Shown: positions 30,481 to 41,744, numbered from the stretch's first letter. The stretch is DNA of 64,000 nt from an uncultured Aestuariivirga sp. (GCA_964244815.1 CAXTKH010000002.1:10437-74436); one strand, 5' to 3'. Made by a program: numbers and translations. Notes: a model not told the origin generated them from the letters alone.

Positions 30481-33400
30481 ATGTTTAGCGAGTTGATGAG
30501 TAATATCTCTGAGAGAATTTTCAGACATGTTTTAAGGCTTGCGATTGTCGCAATTGCCTTTTTTACATTTGCGGTCACATCAGCGGTTTTTGCTGCAACC
30601 TGCGCACCTGCGACATCGCAAGGCACGGCACCAGCATCATGGCAGACTTACTGCTGGATCGACATGACGAGCTATAACAGCGCTCTGGTATTCGGCGCTG
30701 GCCAGACTTTCTCGATCACCTTGTCGGACGGTTCTGTTCTCTCGTTTCTGTTGACAGGTAATTCCTCCAACACCAGCGTGATTGCGCCAAAGCCCGCTCC
30801 AGCCTGGACAGGTGCGGCAACCGGCAACACTGCTTTTCTCGGCATCCCCGGCAATCCAATTCTTTATTCATCAGCTGGCGGCACAATTAATTTAACGATG
30901 TCGAACATCATCGTAACGCCACCTGTTGGCGTGGTATCAACGGGCCAATTCAAGTTTGTTGTTGCAGATGCGGAATCGACCAACAATGGCGAATCTTTGA
31001 CTTTTGTAACCAACGGTGGTGCTTGGACAATCGTCGATCAAGTAGACCCAATTTCAGGTACGCTGTATCCTACGATTACCGGCGCAGGCACTGCCACCTT
31101 TAAAGAAACAGGTGTGGCAGGCACAGTGGGCGCTTACATTGCCGGCAGTCTAAGCCCGACAACGGTCAACGTGCAGCTGGTATCAGGTGGTTTGCAGGGC
31201 GTTATGCTGGCTTTGCAATATTCAACATTATCGACAAACAAGTTGATTAGCGGTGGCCGCGCCAATCCCGCTGATCAGTTCACTTACGGCACACAAGTTA
31301 CTGGCACTGCCACTGTCCTTTCCACGGCCACCTCTACGGGCTCAACCAATGGACCATTCGGCGCAGCGGTTAGCACATTATCATCCGGTATTGGCGTTAC
31401 AGTCAGCGAGAAGATGGCAGCAGGGAGTGTGAGCAGTCTTTCACAATACACAACAAACTTAAATTGTGTGAACGGCACTCCAGGTTCACCCACGCCATTA
31501 CCCACCAACCAACCAATCACCAGCTTTAATTTTGGCTCAACGGCATATGGCGATGCAATTGCGTGCACATTCACCAACACGCCCAAAACTGCAACGGTGT
31601 CTCTGCAGAAAATTACAACGGCGGCCATTGGCGGACCATTTACTTTCACCGCCACCAACTTGGCATCTAACCCAACGGCCATCACCACGACGGGAGCAGG
31701 GGTTGCTACACCAGCTTCGCCTGCTGCCATCAACGTCACGGCATTCAACACCGCTGTTGCGATAACAGAAACGCCAGCCGCCAATTTTACGGCAACAGCC
31801 GCCACCTGCACGGACCAGAACTCTGCGATCACCGGGAATCCCGCAAGCTTTGGTTCGCTGGCTGGCAATGTGTTGACCATCCCTGCGGCCAATGTGCTTG
31901 CGGCCGCTAAGATCAATTGCACAATTACCAATGCTGTGAACACAGCAAGTGTTGCCACTGTAGCGGTGCAGAAAATTACCTTGGGTGCAGCAGGGGGGCC
32001 ATTTTCATTTACGACCACAAACCTTGCGTCAAATCCAGCTGCAATCACCACTGCAAGCACGGCTACACCTTATCCTGCAGTGCCAGCGCCTATCATTGCG
32101 AGTGCAACAGGAACAGCGGTTACAATAACCGAACCGGTTGTTGCGAATTTCACTTTGACGGCGGCCAGTTGTTCAGATGCCAATGCTGCTGCATCTGGCA
32201 ATCCTGCAGGTACGTTTGGCACGTTCGTAGGAACGGTAGTGACCATTCCCGCAACCAACATTCGCGCCAAGGCGCAAATTACTTGCACAATAACGAACAC
32301 TGTCAATCCGGCCATTCCCGTTGTTGGTATTCAAAAAATCACCACGGGACTGGCAGGGGGGCCATTTAGCTTTACGGCAACGAACTTAACTGGAGCACCA
32401 CCTAACATTACAACCACGGCTGCTGTAACAGCTGCACCAACCACCGTGATCAGCAACACCGTTTCAGTCAACACAACACCAGTGACATTAACTGAAGCAG
32501 CCAACAGCAATTTCAATCTGACCACGGGTACTTGCACCGACACCAATGCTGCGACTTCGGGCAATCCAGCAAGCTTTGGTTCATTGTCTGGCAGCACTAT
32601 CACTGTGCCGGTAGTCAACCTAAAACTCTTTGCGAAAATCGTTTGCACGTTTACAAACGCACCAAAGTCAGCAACGCTGACACTGCAGAAGATTACAACT
32701 AGCGCATTTGGTGGGCCGTTTACATTCACTGCAACGAACTTGGCGTCTGCTCCGCCAAGCATTACTACAACAGCAGCGGCAACTGCCACACCTGCAGCGC
32801 CAATCGCAATTCAAGTGACGACTGCAAATACCCAAGTGCAAATTACTGAAGCTGCCAATGCCAGCTTTAACGCAGCATCGGCAACATGCTCCGACGCCAA
32901 CTCAAGTTTTACGGGCAACCCTGCAAGCTTTGGCAGCCTTGCGGGCAATGTGCTGACTGTTCCCGCAGCGAATGTTTTGCCTGCAGCTCAGATCAATTGC
33001 ACACTCACCAATGCAGCAAAGCCAGCTACAGTTGCGGTTCAAAAAATCACCACGGGCGGGCTAGGGGGCCCGTTCAGCTTTGCGGTTTCTAATCTTGCTT
33101 CAGCGCCCGCGGCCATTACCACATCGACAATTGCTACTGCTGCACCAGCAGCACCCACAGCAATTGCTGTCAGCTCACTTAATACAATCGTTCAGGTTTC
33201 AGAGAGCAACAATTCATTTTTCACGATCGCCGGAGCAAGCTGCACCGATGCAAACTCTGTGGTGACCGGGAACCCCAGTAGCTTTGGCACGCTCACTGGA
33301 TTATTGATCGCCATACCAGCCGCCAATATTTTGCCAGCAGCGCAAATCAAATGCACGTTTACCAATGCGGGCAAGGCACCCACAATCAGTTTGCAAAAAG

Positions 33401-34071
33401 CATTATCCGCATCAGGACGTTTGGCTGCAGCCGATCAGTTTTCGCTAAGTGCCACGGGGACGGGCGCTCCGGCAGCAGTCATCACCAGTGGCACCTCAAC
33501 AGCAATCACTTCCGCACCATTAAGTTTCACAGGCACGACCAATTCTGCATACAGCTTGAATGAAGCGATGGCCGCAGGTTCTGCATCGCTGCTTACTGCT
33601 TATTCAAAAGCTATCTCGTGCAGCAACGCAAACCCTGTCGGCACCAATGTGGCTTCGATTAACTCATTGCCCATATCTTTCACAGCCTTGGGCGGCGATG
33701 CAATCAGCTGCACGATAACCAATAACGGAACACCGACCCCGAACTTGGTGCTGAGCAAAAGCACAACGCCGCCGGTTTCATCGGTCGTACTCGGACAAGT
33801 GATCACCTATAGTTACGCTGTTACCAATTCCGGCAATGTGCCAATGCAGAATGTTAAAATAAGCGATCTGCATGGCACGCCAGCCGTTCTTGTGCCAACG
33901 GGAGGTGCGGGCATCAAAGGAGAAGCCTTGACGACGCCGGGGCCATTGGGCGCCGCTGCTTCGCCAGACGCTTCATCCAACGATGGCATCTGGACAACAT
34001 TGGCACCGGGCGCAACTGCGACCTTTACTTATACTTACACCGTTACGCAGGGCGATATCGACAACGGATAA
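30481..34071 (+). CDS. Large repetitive secreted/surface protein (1196 aa): signal peptide, non-repetitive N-domain, seven Cys-pair Ig-like modules, and a C-terminal DUF11-type (TIGR01451-like) module that seems cut short
   Basis: N-terminal hydrophobic signal ending AVFA|ATC. Five tandem repeats with QKIT..GGPF(T/S)F and C(T/S)D...(I/V)(N/T/K/V)CT.TN. The C-terminus reads LVLSKSTTP...[25 protein letters not shown].... Confidence 0.8.
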   Translation: MFSELMSNISERIFRHVLRLAIVAIAFFTFAVTSAVFAATCAPATSQGTAPASWQTYCWIDMTSYNSALVFGAGQTFSITLSDGSVLSFLLTGNSSNTSVIAPKPAPAWTGAATGNTAFLGIPGNPILYSSAGGTINLTMSNIIVTPPVGVVSTGQFKFVVADAESTNNGESLTFVTNGGAWTIVDQVDPISGTLYPTITGAGTATFKETGVAGTVGAYIAGSLSPTTVNVQLVSGGLQGVMLALQYSTLSTNKLISGGRANPADQFTYGTQVTGTATVLSTATSTGSTNGPFGAAVSTLSSGIGVTVSEKMAAGSVSSLSQYTTNLNCVNGTPGSPTPLPTNQPITSFNFGSTAYGDAIACTFTNTPKTATVSLQKITTAAIGGPFTFTATNLASNPTAITTTGAGVATPASPAAINVTAFNTAVAITETPAANFTATAATCTDQNSAITGNPASFGSLAGNVLTIPAANVLAAAKINCTITNAVNTASVATVAVQKITLGAAGGPFSFTTTNLASNPAAITTASTATPYPAVPAPIIASATGTAVTITEPVVANFTLTAASCSDANAAASGNPAGTFGTFVGTVVTIPATNIRAKAQITCTITNTVNPAIPVVGIQKITTGLAGGPFSFTATNLTGAPPNITTTAAVTAAPTTVISNTVSVNTTPVTLTEAANSNFNLTTGTCTDTNAATSGNPASFGSLSGSTITVPVVNLKLFAKIVCTFTNAPKSATLTLQKITTSAFGGPFTFTATNLASAPPSITTTAAATATPAAPIAIQVTTANTQVQITEAANASFNAASATCSDANSSFTGNPASFGSLAGNVLTVPAANVLPAAQINCTLTNAAKPATVAVQKITTGGLGGPFSFAVSNLASAPAAITTSTIATAAPAAPTAIAVSSLNTIVQVSESNNSFFTIAGASCTDANSVVTGNPSSFGTLTGLLIAIPAANILPAAQIKCTFTNAGKAPTISLQKALSASGRLAAADQFSLSATGTGAPAAVITSGTSTAITSAPLSFTGTTNSAYSLNEAMAAGSASLLTAYSKAISCSNANPVGTNVASINSLPISFTALGGDAISCTITNNGTPTPNLVLSKSTTPPVSSVVLGQVITYSYAVTNSGNVPMQNVKISDLHGTPAVLVPTGGAGIKGEALTTPGPLGAAASPDASSNDGIWTTLAPGATATFTYTYTVTQGDIDNG
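31588..33375 (+). repeat. Five tandem coding repeats of 354-366 nt (118-122 aa) within the large surface protein gene
   Basis: The unit boundaries at 31588, 31942, 32308, 32668, 33022 and 33376 are all in frame. Two more distantly related modules flank the array. Confidence 0.85.
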
Positions 34072-34100
34072 GGCCCACCCGCAGCCAAACGCCCCATTCG

Positions 34101-34138
34101 CATAATATATATTATGGAATATTTTATTCCATAATATA
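34101..34138. repeat. AT-rich perfect palindrome cluster between convergent genes
   Basis: 16-nt palindrome cataatatatattatg (34101-34116), overlapping a 14-bp perfect stem tatattatggaata/tattccataatata with loop ttt (34108-34138). Confidence 0.9.
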
Positions 34139-34206
34139 AGTGGATGTGTTGGAGGATTAGTTGGCCCCATCAAGGTGTTGTTGGTGATGTTTTGCATCAC
34201 GCGAGA

Positions 34207-35001
34207 TCAAGCCTCGAAGGTCATGCCGTCATAGGCTGGAGTGACGTGGGGCGGCAGGTCTTTGCGTAGCGTCTCGTAGTCAAGATCAACGTGCATGTTG
34301 GTGATGATGGCTTGTTTGGGCTTCATGCGCGCGATCCAATCCAGAGTCTCAGACAACGAAAAATGACTAGGATGAGGCTTATGGCGCAGCGCGTCGACGA
34401 TCCAGATATCGAGGCCTTCGAGGTGCTGTAAGCTGCCATCAGGAACGCCGTTCACATCGGGCGTATAGGCCACATTGCCGACCCTGAAGCCCAGCGCATC
34501 GATGTTACCGTGGTAAACTTTGAACGGCAAAGAGGATAGGGTGCCACCCTGCCCTTGGGTTTCGATTGCGGTTCCGGGCGTGATCAAACGGTGCTCGACG
34601 ATGGGCGGATAATCGCTGCCTTGGGGCGAAACGAAGCAATAGGCAAAGCGGTGCATCAGCATCTCGGCCGTTGGCGTATCGGCATAAATTGGGATACGTT
34701 GGCGATGGCGGAGATAGAATACGCGAAGCTCGTCAATGCCGTGTGTATGATCGGCATGTTCATGCGTGTACCAAACGCCGTCAATGTTGCCGACTTCAGC
34801 ACTCAGCATTTGTTCGCGCATGTCGGGCGATGTATCCACGACCACACGCGTGATACCTGACGCTTCAGTTTTCTCCACCATGATCGAACAGCGACGACGG
34901 CTGTTCTTGGTATTGGTTGGATCACACGCGCCCCAGTCATTACCAATGCGTGGCACGCCTCCAGATGAGCCGCAACCCAATATGGTGAACTTAACTGTCA
35001 C
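34207..35001 (-). CDS. MBL-fold metallo-hydrolase (PhnP-like)
   Basis: HEHADHTHG motif. Overlaps tatD by 4 nt. Confidence 0.85.
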   Translation of the reverse strand: MTVKFTILGCGSSGGVPRIGNDWGACDPTNTKNSRRRCSIMVEKTEASGITRVVVDTSPDMREQMLSAEVGNIDGVWYTHEHADHTHGIDELRVFYLRHRQRIPIYADTPTAEMLMHRFAYCFVSPQGSDYPPIVEHRLITPGTAIETQGQGGTLSSLPFKVYHGNIDALGFRVGNVAYTPDVNGVPDGSLQHLEGLDIWIVDALRHKPHPSHFSLSETLDWIARMKPKQAIITNMHVDLDYETLRKDLPPHVTPAYDGMTFEA

Positions 35002-35798
35002 GCGTTGAACGCCGCTGGGCGCGGCACTTTGCTGAAGAGATTGAAAAAATTATCGCTGGTGATCTTGGCCATGGCATCCGCCGAAACGCCGCGAGTCAAT
35101 GCCAGCGTCTCAAGGGTCTTTACGACGAAGGATGGCTCATTGGATTTGCCGCGATATGGCACGGGCGCCAAGAAAGGCGCATCAGTTTCAACGAGCAATT
35201 TATCTGACGGCAATGCCTTGGCCGTAACGCGCAATTCTTCGGCTGATTTATAAGTCAGAATGCCTGAGAACGAAACCGTAAGGCCCAGCGCCACAGCACG
35301 CTCCGCCAGATATTGTTTTGACGTGAAGCAATGGAGCAGGGCTTTGAAAGCCCCCTTCCCCATTTCTTCTTCTAACACGCGGACCGTATCATCTTCAGCT
35401 TCGCGGGTGTGGATGACCAATGGTAATCCGGTTTCGCGGGCGGCTGCTATATGCGTGCGAAAGCCGTGCATCTGCGCTTCACGTGGCGAATTGTCGTAGT
35501 GATAGTCCAGACCCACTTCGCCGATGCCGACGACCTTTGGATGCTGCGCAAGCTTCACTAAATCAGCTGTGGTGATATCGAGCTCTTCATGCGCGTTATG
35601 GGGGTGCGTGCCCACCGTGCAGAAGACATTTTCATATTTCTCGGCAATCACTAACAGGCCCGGAAAATTCTTTACGCGTGATGAGATCGAGAGCATGAGT
35701 CCAACACCAGCATCTTCGCAGCGTTTGAGCATGGCGGGTAAATCTTCGGCCAGGCCTTCATAATCAAGATGGCAATGGCTATCGACGATTTTATGCAT
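34998..35798 (-). CDS. TatD-family metal-dependent hydrolase/DNase
   Basis: The N-terminal DSHCHLD motif. Located downstream of metG. Confidence 0.9.
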   Translation of the reverse strand: MHKIVDSHCHLDYEGLAEDLPAMLKRCEDAGVGLMLSISSRVKNFPGLLVIAEKYENVFCTVGTHPHNAHEELDITTADLVKLAQHPKVVGIGEVGLDYHYDNSPREAQMHGFRTHIAAARETGLPLVIHTREAEDDTVRVLEEEMGKGAFKALLHCFTSKQYLAERAVALGLTVSFSGILTYKSAEELRVTAKALPSDKLLVETDAPFLAPVPYRGKSNEPSFVVKTLETLALTRGVSADAMAKITSDNFFNLFSKVPRPAAFNA

Positions 35799-37342
35799 CA
35801 GGCTTTATCCGCTTCTTCCACAAACCGCGGGAAAATCGGCGTGGGCGCTGGCAGCGGCGTTCCTGAAACCAAGCGCTTGCCGAATGAAGCAAAGCCGCGT
35901 TGGTCTAGAGGCACTGCTAAAACATCAAGCAATTTTGCTGCCGATTGCGGCACATAAGGCTGAACCAGAATGCTGATCATGCGCACCACTTCCGCCGTAA
36001 CATATAAAACTGTCTCCATCCGTACAGGATCAGTCTTCTTCAAACCCCAAGGCTCCTGCCCTGCGAAATAACGATTGGCTTCAGCAACGCAGCGCCATAT
36101 CACGTCCATCGCTTTCGTGATGGCATATGCATCATGTTGCGCGCGCACTTCATTCAACATGGCATCTGCCTGCGCAAGCATCGCTCTATCGGCATCGCGG
36201 AGGTCGCCGCATTTAGGGACAACAGCGCCACAATTCTTGTTCACCATTGAGAGTGAACGTTGCGCCAGATTGCCCAGATCATTCGAAAGATCAGCATTCA
36301 TCCGTGCCACAATGGTCTCATGGGTAAAGCTGCCGTCTTGCCCAAATGGAACTTCGCGCATCATGAAATAACGCACAGCATCGAGGCCGTAGCGTTCAAT
36401 TAAATCCGTATGGCCCACCACATTGCCTGTGGACTTCGACATTTTCTCGCCCTTGTTGAACAAGAAACCATGCACCACGATATGTGCTGGCAATGGCAGC
36501 TTGGCCGACATCAAAAAAGCTGGCCAATAGATGGCGTGAAAGCGCGTAATGTCTTTACCAATCACATGAGCCGAAGCTGGCCAATAATGCGCTTTAAGGC
36601 CAGTGGTGTCTGGAAATCCTGTGGCCGTAATGTAATTGGTCAACGCATCAACCCACACATACATCACATGCTTGGGATTGCCCGGCACCGGAATGCCCCA
36701 ATCAAAGGTAGTGCGGCTGATGGAGAAATCTTTTAGACCACGTTTCACAAACGAAAGTGTTTCGCTGCGATACTGATCGGGCACAATGAAATCCGGGTTG
36801 GCTTCATAATAATCCAGCAACGGTTTTTCATACGCAGAGAGTCGGAAAAAATAACTTTCTTCTTCCACCCACTCAACCAATGTGGATGTCTTGACCGAAA
36901 ACCGCCTGCCCTCGCGCTCTTCAGTTTCATCCTCATCATAGTAGGCTTCATCGCGCACCGAATACCAACCTGCATATTTCGAAAGGTAAATATCGCCATT
37001 GGCTTCCATGCGTTTCCACATTTCGGTGACGGACGCTTTGTGGCGTTCAGAGGTGGTGCGCACGATATCATCTGTGCGGGCATTGAGCTGTTCGCCCATC
37101 GCTTCAAATTGCGCAGCGGTGCGATCCGCCAATGCGAGCGGCGTTATGCCTTCGCGCGCCGCTGTTTGCTGCATCTTTTGGCCGTGCTCGTCCATACCAG
37201 TAATGAACAACACATCAGCGCCATCCAAGCGCTTGAAACGCGCTAAAACATCCGTGGCGATGCGCTCGTAAGCATGGCCAATATGGGGCGCGCCATTGGC
37301 ATATGGAATTGCAGTCGAAATCAAATAAGGTTTCTTGGTCAT
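35798..37342 (-). CDS. metG: Methionine--tRNA ligase
   Basis: HIGH-type motif ([13 protein letters not shown]) and KMSKS. Confidence 0.96.
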   Translation of the reverse strand: MTKKPYLISTAIPYANGAPHIGHAYERIATDVLARFKRLDGADVLFITGMDEHGQKMQQTAAREGITPLALADRTAAQFEAMGEQLNARTDDIVRTTSERHKASVTEMWKRMEANGDIYLSKYAGWYSVRDEAYYDEDETEEREGRRFSVKTSTLVEWVEEESYFFRLSAYEKPLLDYYEANPDFIVPDQYRSETLSFVKRGLKDFSISRTTFDWGIPVPGNPKHVMYVWVDALTNYITATGFPDTTGLKAHYWPASAHVIGKDITRFHAIYWPAFLMSAKLPLPAHIVVHGFLFNKGEKMSKSTGNVVGHTDLIERYGLDAVRYFMMREVPFGQDGSFTHETIVARMNADLSNDLGNLAQRSLSMVNKNCGAVVPKCGDLRDADRAMLAQADAMLNEVRAQHDAYAITKAMDVIWRCVAEANRYFAGQEPWGLKKTDPVRMETVLYVTAEVVRMISILVQPYVPQSAAKLLDVLAVPLDQRGFASFGKRLVSGTPLPAPTPIFPRFVEEADKA

Positions 37343-37363
37343 GGCGGCATCAATGCCAAGGAA

Positions 37364-38341
37364 TCACGCCGCCTTCAAGGCATCATTCACCATACTAATG
37401 GCTGCAATCACCGCTTGTCTGCGATCTAGGTTAAAAGCATTGGTGAGGCGGATGTTTTCCGCAATCTTGGCATGGGCTTCAGCTAGCTTGGAGTGGGACT
37501 TTGCGGCCGCCTGCTCACCTATCCAATTCAGCAACAAATCGGAGAATAAATTGAAATCATCAATGGTCGCTGCGCGCCCACCAAACTTGGCCCCCAAGGC
37601 AGCGATTGCGGAACTATTCCATTTTGGTGCTTTCAAATAGGCATCAAACGTTTTTGCGCCGTCGGACGATAAAAGCTGAAGCGCCCTGCCCGGACTGCCT
37701 GCGCTTAAACGCGCCGCCATTGCCAAAGCGTCGCGCTCAGGGGGCTTTTCCAGTGGCAAAGCTGAAATGATTTCTGTAACTTGCGGCTCGGAAACACCCT
37801 TGAGCGCCAGCCTCGTGCAGCGCGATTTCATCGTCCGCAGCAGCCGTCCCGGATTATGACATATCAGCAATAACAAACAGTTAGACGGCGGTTCTTCAAC
37901 CAGTTTCAGAAGTGCATTGGCTGATTCACCACTCAAATCATCGGCAGCGTCAACAATACCAACCCGCCAACTCCCCGAAGATGTGTGAGAGAAGAACTCC
38001 GAAAGCCCGCGCGCGTTCTCAACGGAAATCTCAGCTTTTAACTTGCGTGGTTTGGAGTCATTCAACTGACGTTCGAGTACAAATAAATCAGGATGCGCCC
38101 GCGCCGCAATCCAGCGCTCGGTCTGAACCAAGTTTTTCTGCCCTAAAACCTGAGCTGCAAACTTGTAAGCCAAACTCGCCTTCCCAATCCCCTTGGTCCC
38201 CGTCATCAACCATGCGTGGTGAAGTTTGCCAGCCGCTAAGCTTTGCGAGAAATGCGCCTGCGCCGCCTCGTGGCCTACTACATTGGATGCAAAACGCGGA
38301 TGCCAGGCGACCTCGCGGGGGTCTTCACTTGGCTCAACCAT
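37364..38341 (-). CDS. holB: DNA polymerase III subunit delta prime
   Basis: AAA-like clamp-loader features (GTKGIGKASLAY). Located in the tmk-holB-metG arrangement. Confidence 0.85.
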   Translation of the reverse strand: MVEPSEDPREVAWHPRFASNVVGHEAAQAHFSQSLAAGKLHHAWLMTGTKGIGKASLAYKFAAQVLGQKNLVQTERWIAARAHPDLFVLERQLNDSKPRKLKAEISVENARGLSEFFSHTSSGSWRVGIVDAADDLSGESANALLKLVEEPPSNCLLLLICHNPGRLLRTMKSRCTRLALKGVSEPQVTEIISALPLEKPPERDALAMAARLSAGSPGRALQLLSSDGAKTFDAYLKAPKWNSSAIAALGAKFGGRAATIDDFNLFSDLLLNWIGEQAAAKSHSKLAEAHAKIAENIRLTNAFNLDRRQAVIAAISMVNDALKAA

Positions 38342-38942
38342 TCAGGTGTTTCCAAATCGCTTCTGAAACATCCTCGATGGACTGAGCTGCATCGATGATG
38401 CGGCACCGCACTCTATTCTGCGCAGCAATTTCCAAGAACCCCGTCCGCAAGCGCTGATGAAACGCCAGCCCCATGCGCTCAAAACGATCTTCTCTGCCCT
38501 TGCCTTGCTTGGTGGCGCGTTCCAAACCAATCACCGGATCAAGATCAAAGATAAACGTGAAATCAGGCTTGGTGGTCCCTACGATTGAGTGTTCCAATTC
38601 ATCTATCAAGTGAAACGTGCAGGCGCCTGCATACCCCTGATAGGCGCGTGTTGAATCCATAAATCGATCACACACGACAATCTTGCCCTCAAGCAATGCG
38701 GGCCTGATGATTTTGTTAAGATGACTATCGCGTGCGGCAAAATTCAACAGCGTCTCAGCTTCGGCAGACCAGCGCCCTGCTTCCCCTGTCACCAACAAAT
38801 TGCGTATAGCTTCACCATCGGGCGTTCCGCCTGGTTCTCGTGTCGCGACAACAGTTTTACCTAAACTTTGAAAGCGCTCTGCCAACACCTTGATTTGCGT
38901 AGATTTTCCGCTGCCTTCGCCGCCTTCAAACGTGATAAACAT
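38334..38942 (-). CDS. tmk: Thymidylate kinase
   Basis: P-loop MFITFEGGEGSGKSTQ. Confidence 0.93.
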   Translation of the reverse strand: MFITFEGGEGSGKSTQIKVLAERFQSLGKTVVATREPGGTPDGEAIRNLLVTGEAGRWSAEAETLLNFAARDSHLNKIIRPALLEGKIVVCDRFMDSTRAYQGYAGACTFHLIDELEHSIVGTTKPDFTFIFDLDPVIGLERATKQGKGREDRFERMGLAFHQRLRTGFLEIAAQNRVRCRIIDAAQSIEDVSEAIWKHLNG

Positions 38943-40096
38943 CAGCCACCAAACGCCATGATCAAAACGCTATCCCACGCCTTTTTCCACATAGATTGGA
39001 TGGCAGGCACATCTTCAGCCACTTCCAGAGGCGCATCGGCGACTGGCTGGCCATCAACAATAATCCGTACCGTGCCAGCCTTCTGGCCCGCTTTGACAGG
39101 GGCCATCAAGGGGCCGGAATAGCTCATCTTCAATTCAGCTCTTTCTTGTTCTGATGGCGAAAGTGCAACGCGCAAAGCATCGTGCACAACCAGATTAACC
39201 CAGCGCTCTTCGCCACCCCACACGCGAGCACGGGACACGGTTTCGCCCTGCCCATAAACATCGATCAATTTGAATTGCCCAAAACCCCAATCCATCAGCT
39301 TTGCCGCTTCGGTCTTGCGGTCATTGATTGAGGGCAAACCCGCTACCACCAGAATCAAACGTCTGCCGTCACGCATTGCTGAACCGACAAGACCATATCC
39401 CGCTTCTTTGGTATACCCCGTCTTCATGCCATCAGCACCGGGGTAATCCTTCAACAGCGGATTGCGGTTCTGCTGGTTTATCTTGTTCCACAAAAATTCA
39501 GGCTGACCGTAGATCTTGTAGTAATCTGGATGGTTCGTGATGATATATCGCGCCACGATTGAAAGATCGCGAACACTCATACGGTGGCTAGGATCGGGCA
39601 AGCCCGTCGCATTGGCGAATGTACTGTTCTTCAGGCCCAGTTCTTTGGCCTTGTTAGCCATGCGCTGGGTGAAGGCTTGCTCTGAGCCTGACATACCCTC
39701 AGCCAGAACAATACAAGCATCATTGGCTGATTGGATGATGGCACCGCGAATAAGATCACTGACTTTTATGCGTGAATTGACTTCAGCATACATGGTTGAG
39801 CCACCAGCTCCCCCGCCACCACGTTTCCAAGCATCCGTGCTCACCACAAATTCCTGGTCGATCTTCAGCTGTCCGGATTTCAACGCATCGAATACAACAG
39901 TCTGAGTAACAAGCTTGCTCATGCTGGCGGGCGGAACAGACGTGTCGGCGTCCTTTTCATAGAGGACTGCGCCAGATTTTGCGTCGATTAAAATAGCTTG
40001 TGCAGCCTTGCTTTCAAAAATCGGTGCTTCCTGGGCATGCGCTGCACTTAGGGTGCAAAACAACGCAACTATAAATATGAAAAATCTTGCCATCAC
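38942..40096 (-). CDS. D-alanyl-D-alanine carboxypeptidase (PBP5/6 family, serine-type)
   Basis: Signal peptide, SMSKL (SxxK), SAN (SxN) and KTG motifs. Confidence 0.9.
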   Translation of the reverse strand: MMARFFIFIVALFCTLSAAHAQEAPIFESKAAQAILIDAKSGAVLYEKDADTSVPPASMSKLVTQTVVFDALKSGQLKIDQEFVVSTDAWKRGGGGAGGSTMYAEVNSRIKVSDLIRGAIIQSANDACIVLAEGMSGSEQAFTQRMANKAKELGLKNSTFANATGLPDPSHRMSVRDLSIVARYIITNHPDYYKIYGQPEFLWNKINQQNRNPLLKDYPGADGMKTGYTKEAGYGLVGSAMRDGRRLILVVAGLPSINDRKTEAAKLMDWGFGQFKLIDVYGQGETVSRARVWGGEERWVNLVVHDALRVALSPSEQERAELKMSYSGPLMAPVKAGQKAGTVRIIVDGQPVADAPLEVAEDVPAIQSMWKKAWDSVLIMAFGG

Positions 40097-40129
40097 GATG
40101 GTGTAATTGTTGGAAGATAAAAAAGCAAA

Positions 40130-40807
40130 TTAAGCCTCTGGCAATCGCCAATCAATTTCCCCACGGCCCTTCGAGTTCAGAAAAACATTGGCTTGTGAAA
40201 AAGGCTTCGAACCAAAAAATCCATTATGTGCCGATAAAGGCGATGGATGTGCAGATTTGATTACCAGATGCTTTGACTGATCCACAAAAGCAGCTTTCTT
40301 TTGCGCGTAACTACCCCAAAGCATAAAAACCACAGGACGAGGCTGGTCATTTACCAGGCGAATGATTTCGTCCGTAAATTTTTCCCAACCCTTGCCTTGA
40401 TGTGAATTGGCTTTATGCGCCTCAACCGTTAAAACTGCATTCAGCAACAGCACCCCCTGCTTGGCCCAAGCGCTCAGATGGCCATGCTTTGGCGGATCAA
40501 TCCCAAGATCAGTCTTGATTTCCTTATAAATGTTTATCAGTGAAGGTGGCGGGCGAACCCCATGCTGAACTGAAAAACAAAGCCCATGGGCCTGGCCTTC
40601 ACCATGATAGGGATCTTGCCCCAAGATAACGACACGAACTTGTTCAAGTGGTGTAGCATCAAGTGCCGCAAACCATTCAGCTCCTTTAGGATATATGGTT
40701 TTACCCGCCGCTTTTTCATTCGTTAAAAACGTTTTGAGCACAGACATGTAAGAAGCATCAAATTGGGGCTGCAGCGGGCGCTTCCAACTCTCATCCAGAT
40801 TAATCAT
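40130..40807 (-). CDS. ung: Uracil-DNA glycosylase (family 1)
   Basis: GQDPYHG and HPSPLSA motifs. Confidence 0.95.
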   Translation of the reverse strand: MINLDESWKRPLQPQFDASYMSVLKTFLTNEKAAGKTIYPKGAEWFAALDATPLEQVRVVILGQDPYHGEGQAHGLCFSVQHGVRPPPSLINIYKEIKTDLGIDPPKHGHLSAWAKQGVLLLNAVLTVEAHKANSHQGKGWEKFTDEIIRLVNDQPRPVVFMLWGSYAQKKAAFVDQSKHLVIKSAHPSPLSAHNGFFGSKPFSQANVFLNSKGRGEIDWRLPEA

Positions 40808-40816
40808 GCGTAAAAC

Positions 40817-41110
40817 CTAGTTTTGGCTTTTTACCAAAGAAGCATAGCCAACACTTGCCATGGCAGAAAGCATTTGATCGACAGAGGATTTCTGATCGTC
40901 AAACGTCACAATAGCCGTTTTGGTTTCAAGCGAAATTTTTACATCTTTAACTCCAGCCAGCGCTGCAAGGGTATTCTTGATGTTGTGCGGATCTGGACCA
41001 CAAACCATGGTGGCAACATCAAGTGTGACGTTATGCTCGGCAGCCAAAGCAATCGTTTGCGACGCCAACAAAAGTACAAACGAAAAAATGACTATAATGA
41101 ATTTCATCAT
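40817..41110 (-). CDS. Periplasmic heavy-metal-associated (HMA/MerP-like) domain protein with a non-canonical metal site
   Basis: Signal peptide plus the ferredoxin-like HMA pattern. The usual MxCxxC is replaced by TMVCGPDPH. Confidence 0.65.
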   Translation of the reverse strand: MMKFIIVIFSFVLLLASQTIALAAEHNVTLDVATMVCGPDPHNIKNTLAALAGVKDVKISLETKTAIVTFDDQKSSVDQMLSAMASVGYASLVKSQN

Positions 41111-41138
41111 GCATCCTCCATCGGACTTGATCTCTTTA

Positions 41139-41744
41139 TCAGCTCATTTGCCGCAAAGCCAGAACCATGACGGCGTGCGCTTCGCCCAGTCCTACATTAA
41201 CAATCTTGTGCGGAACATCGGCGCGGTACCGCAGAGCTTCCCCAGGCTTGCCAGTTTTGGTTTCTGTGCCGGTGGTCACCTCGATCTCTCCTGTTACGAT
41301 ATAGAGGTGTTCAATCGTACCTTGTGGATGCGGCTCCGATTCCAATACGCCCTTTGGCTTGGCATGAAAATCATACCATTGAAAACTATCTACCAGACTT
41401 AAAGGTCCAACAATTGCTAAGCGACACAATCCGTCCTGGCTTTCAAGCATCGGGATGCCTGATTTGGTTTGATGTTCAATAAAAAGAGAAGTCGTTTCAC
41501 CCCGCAACACTTCATCAACCGTCGTATCAAGCGCTCGTGATAAACGAATGACGGTGGACAGTGTCGGGTTGGTTTCGTTGCGCTCAATCTGCGAAATGAT
41601 CGATTTGGCAACGCCTGATTGCTCGGATAACTCACCAAGAGACAGGTTATAAGCCTTGCGCAATCGCTGAATGGTTTTACCCAGTTCAGCACCCGATTCA
41701 CCATTATTTGAAGGTGGGCTTTTTACCCCACGACGCGTTGACAT
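41139..41744 (-). CDS. XRE-family transcriptional regulator with a C-terminal cupin domain
   Basis: HTH_3 (LRKAYNLSLGELSEQSGVAKSIISQIERNETNPTL) followed by a cupin (GTIEHLYIVTGEIEV). Confidence 0.85.
   Translation of the reverse strand: MSTRRGVKSPPSNNGESGAELGKTIQRLRKAYNLSLGELSEQSGVAKSIISQIERNETNPTLSTVIRLSRALDTTVDEVLRGETTSLFIEHQTKSGIPMLESQDGLCRLAIVGPLSLVDSFQWYDFHAKPKGVLESEPHPQGTIEHLYIVTGEIEVTTGTETKTGKPGEALRYRADVPHKIVNVGLGEAHAVMVLALRQMS

Noticed and set aside
31284-32789. Long minus-strand ORFs (258 aa, 81 aa, 152 aa) and several plus-strand alternative-frame ORFs inside the large surface protein gene.
   Set aside because: They are shadow ORFs caused by the Ala/Thr/Gly-rich, GC-at-third-position repeat coding sequence. 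Their translations are low-complexity mirror images, with no start context and no recognisable domains.
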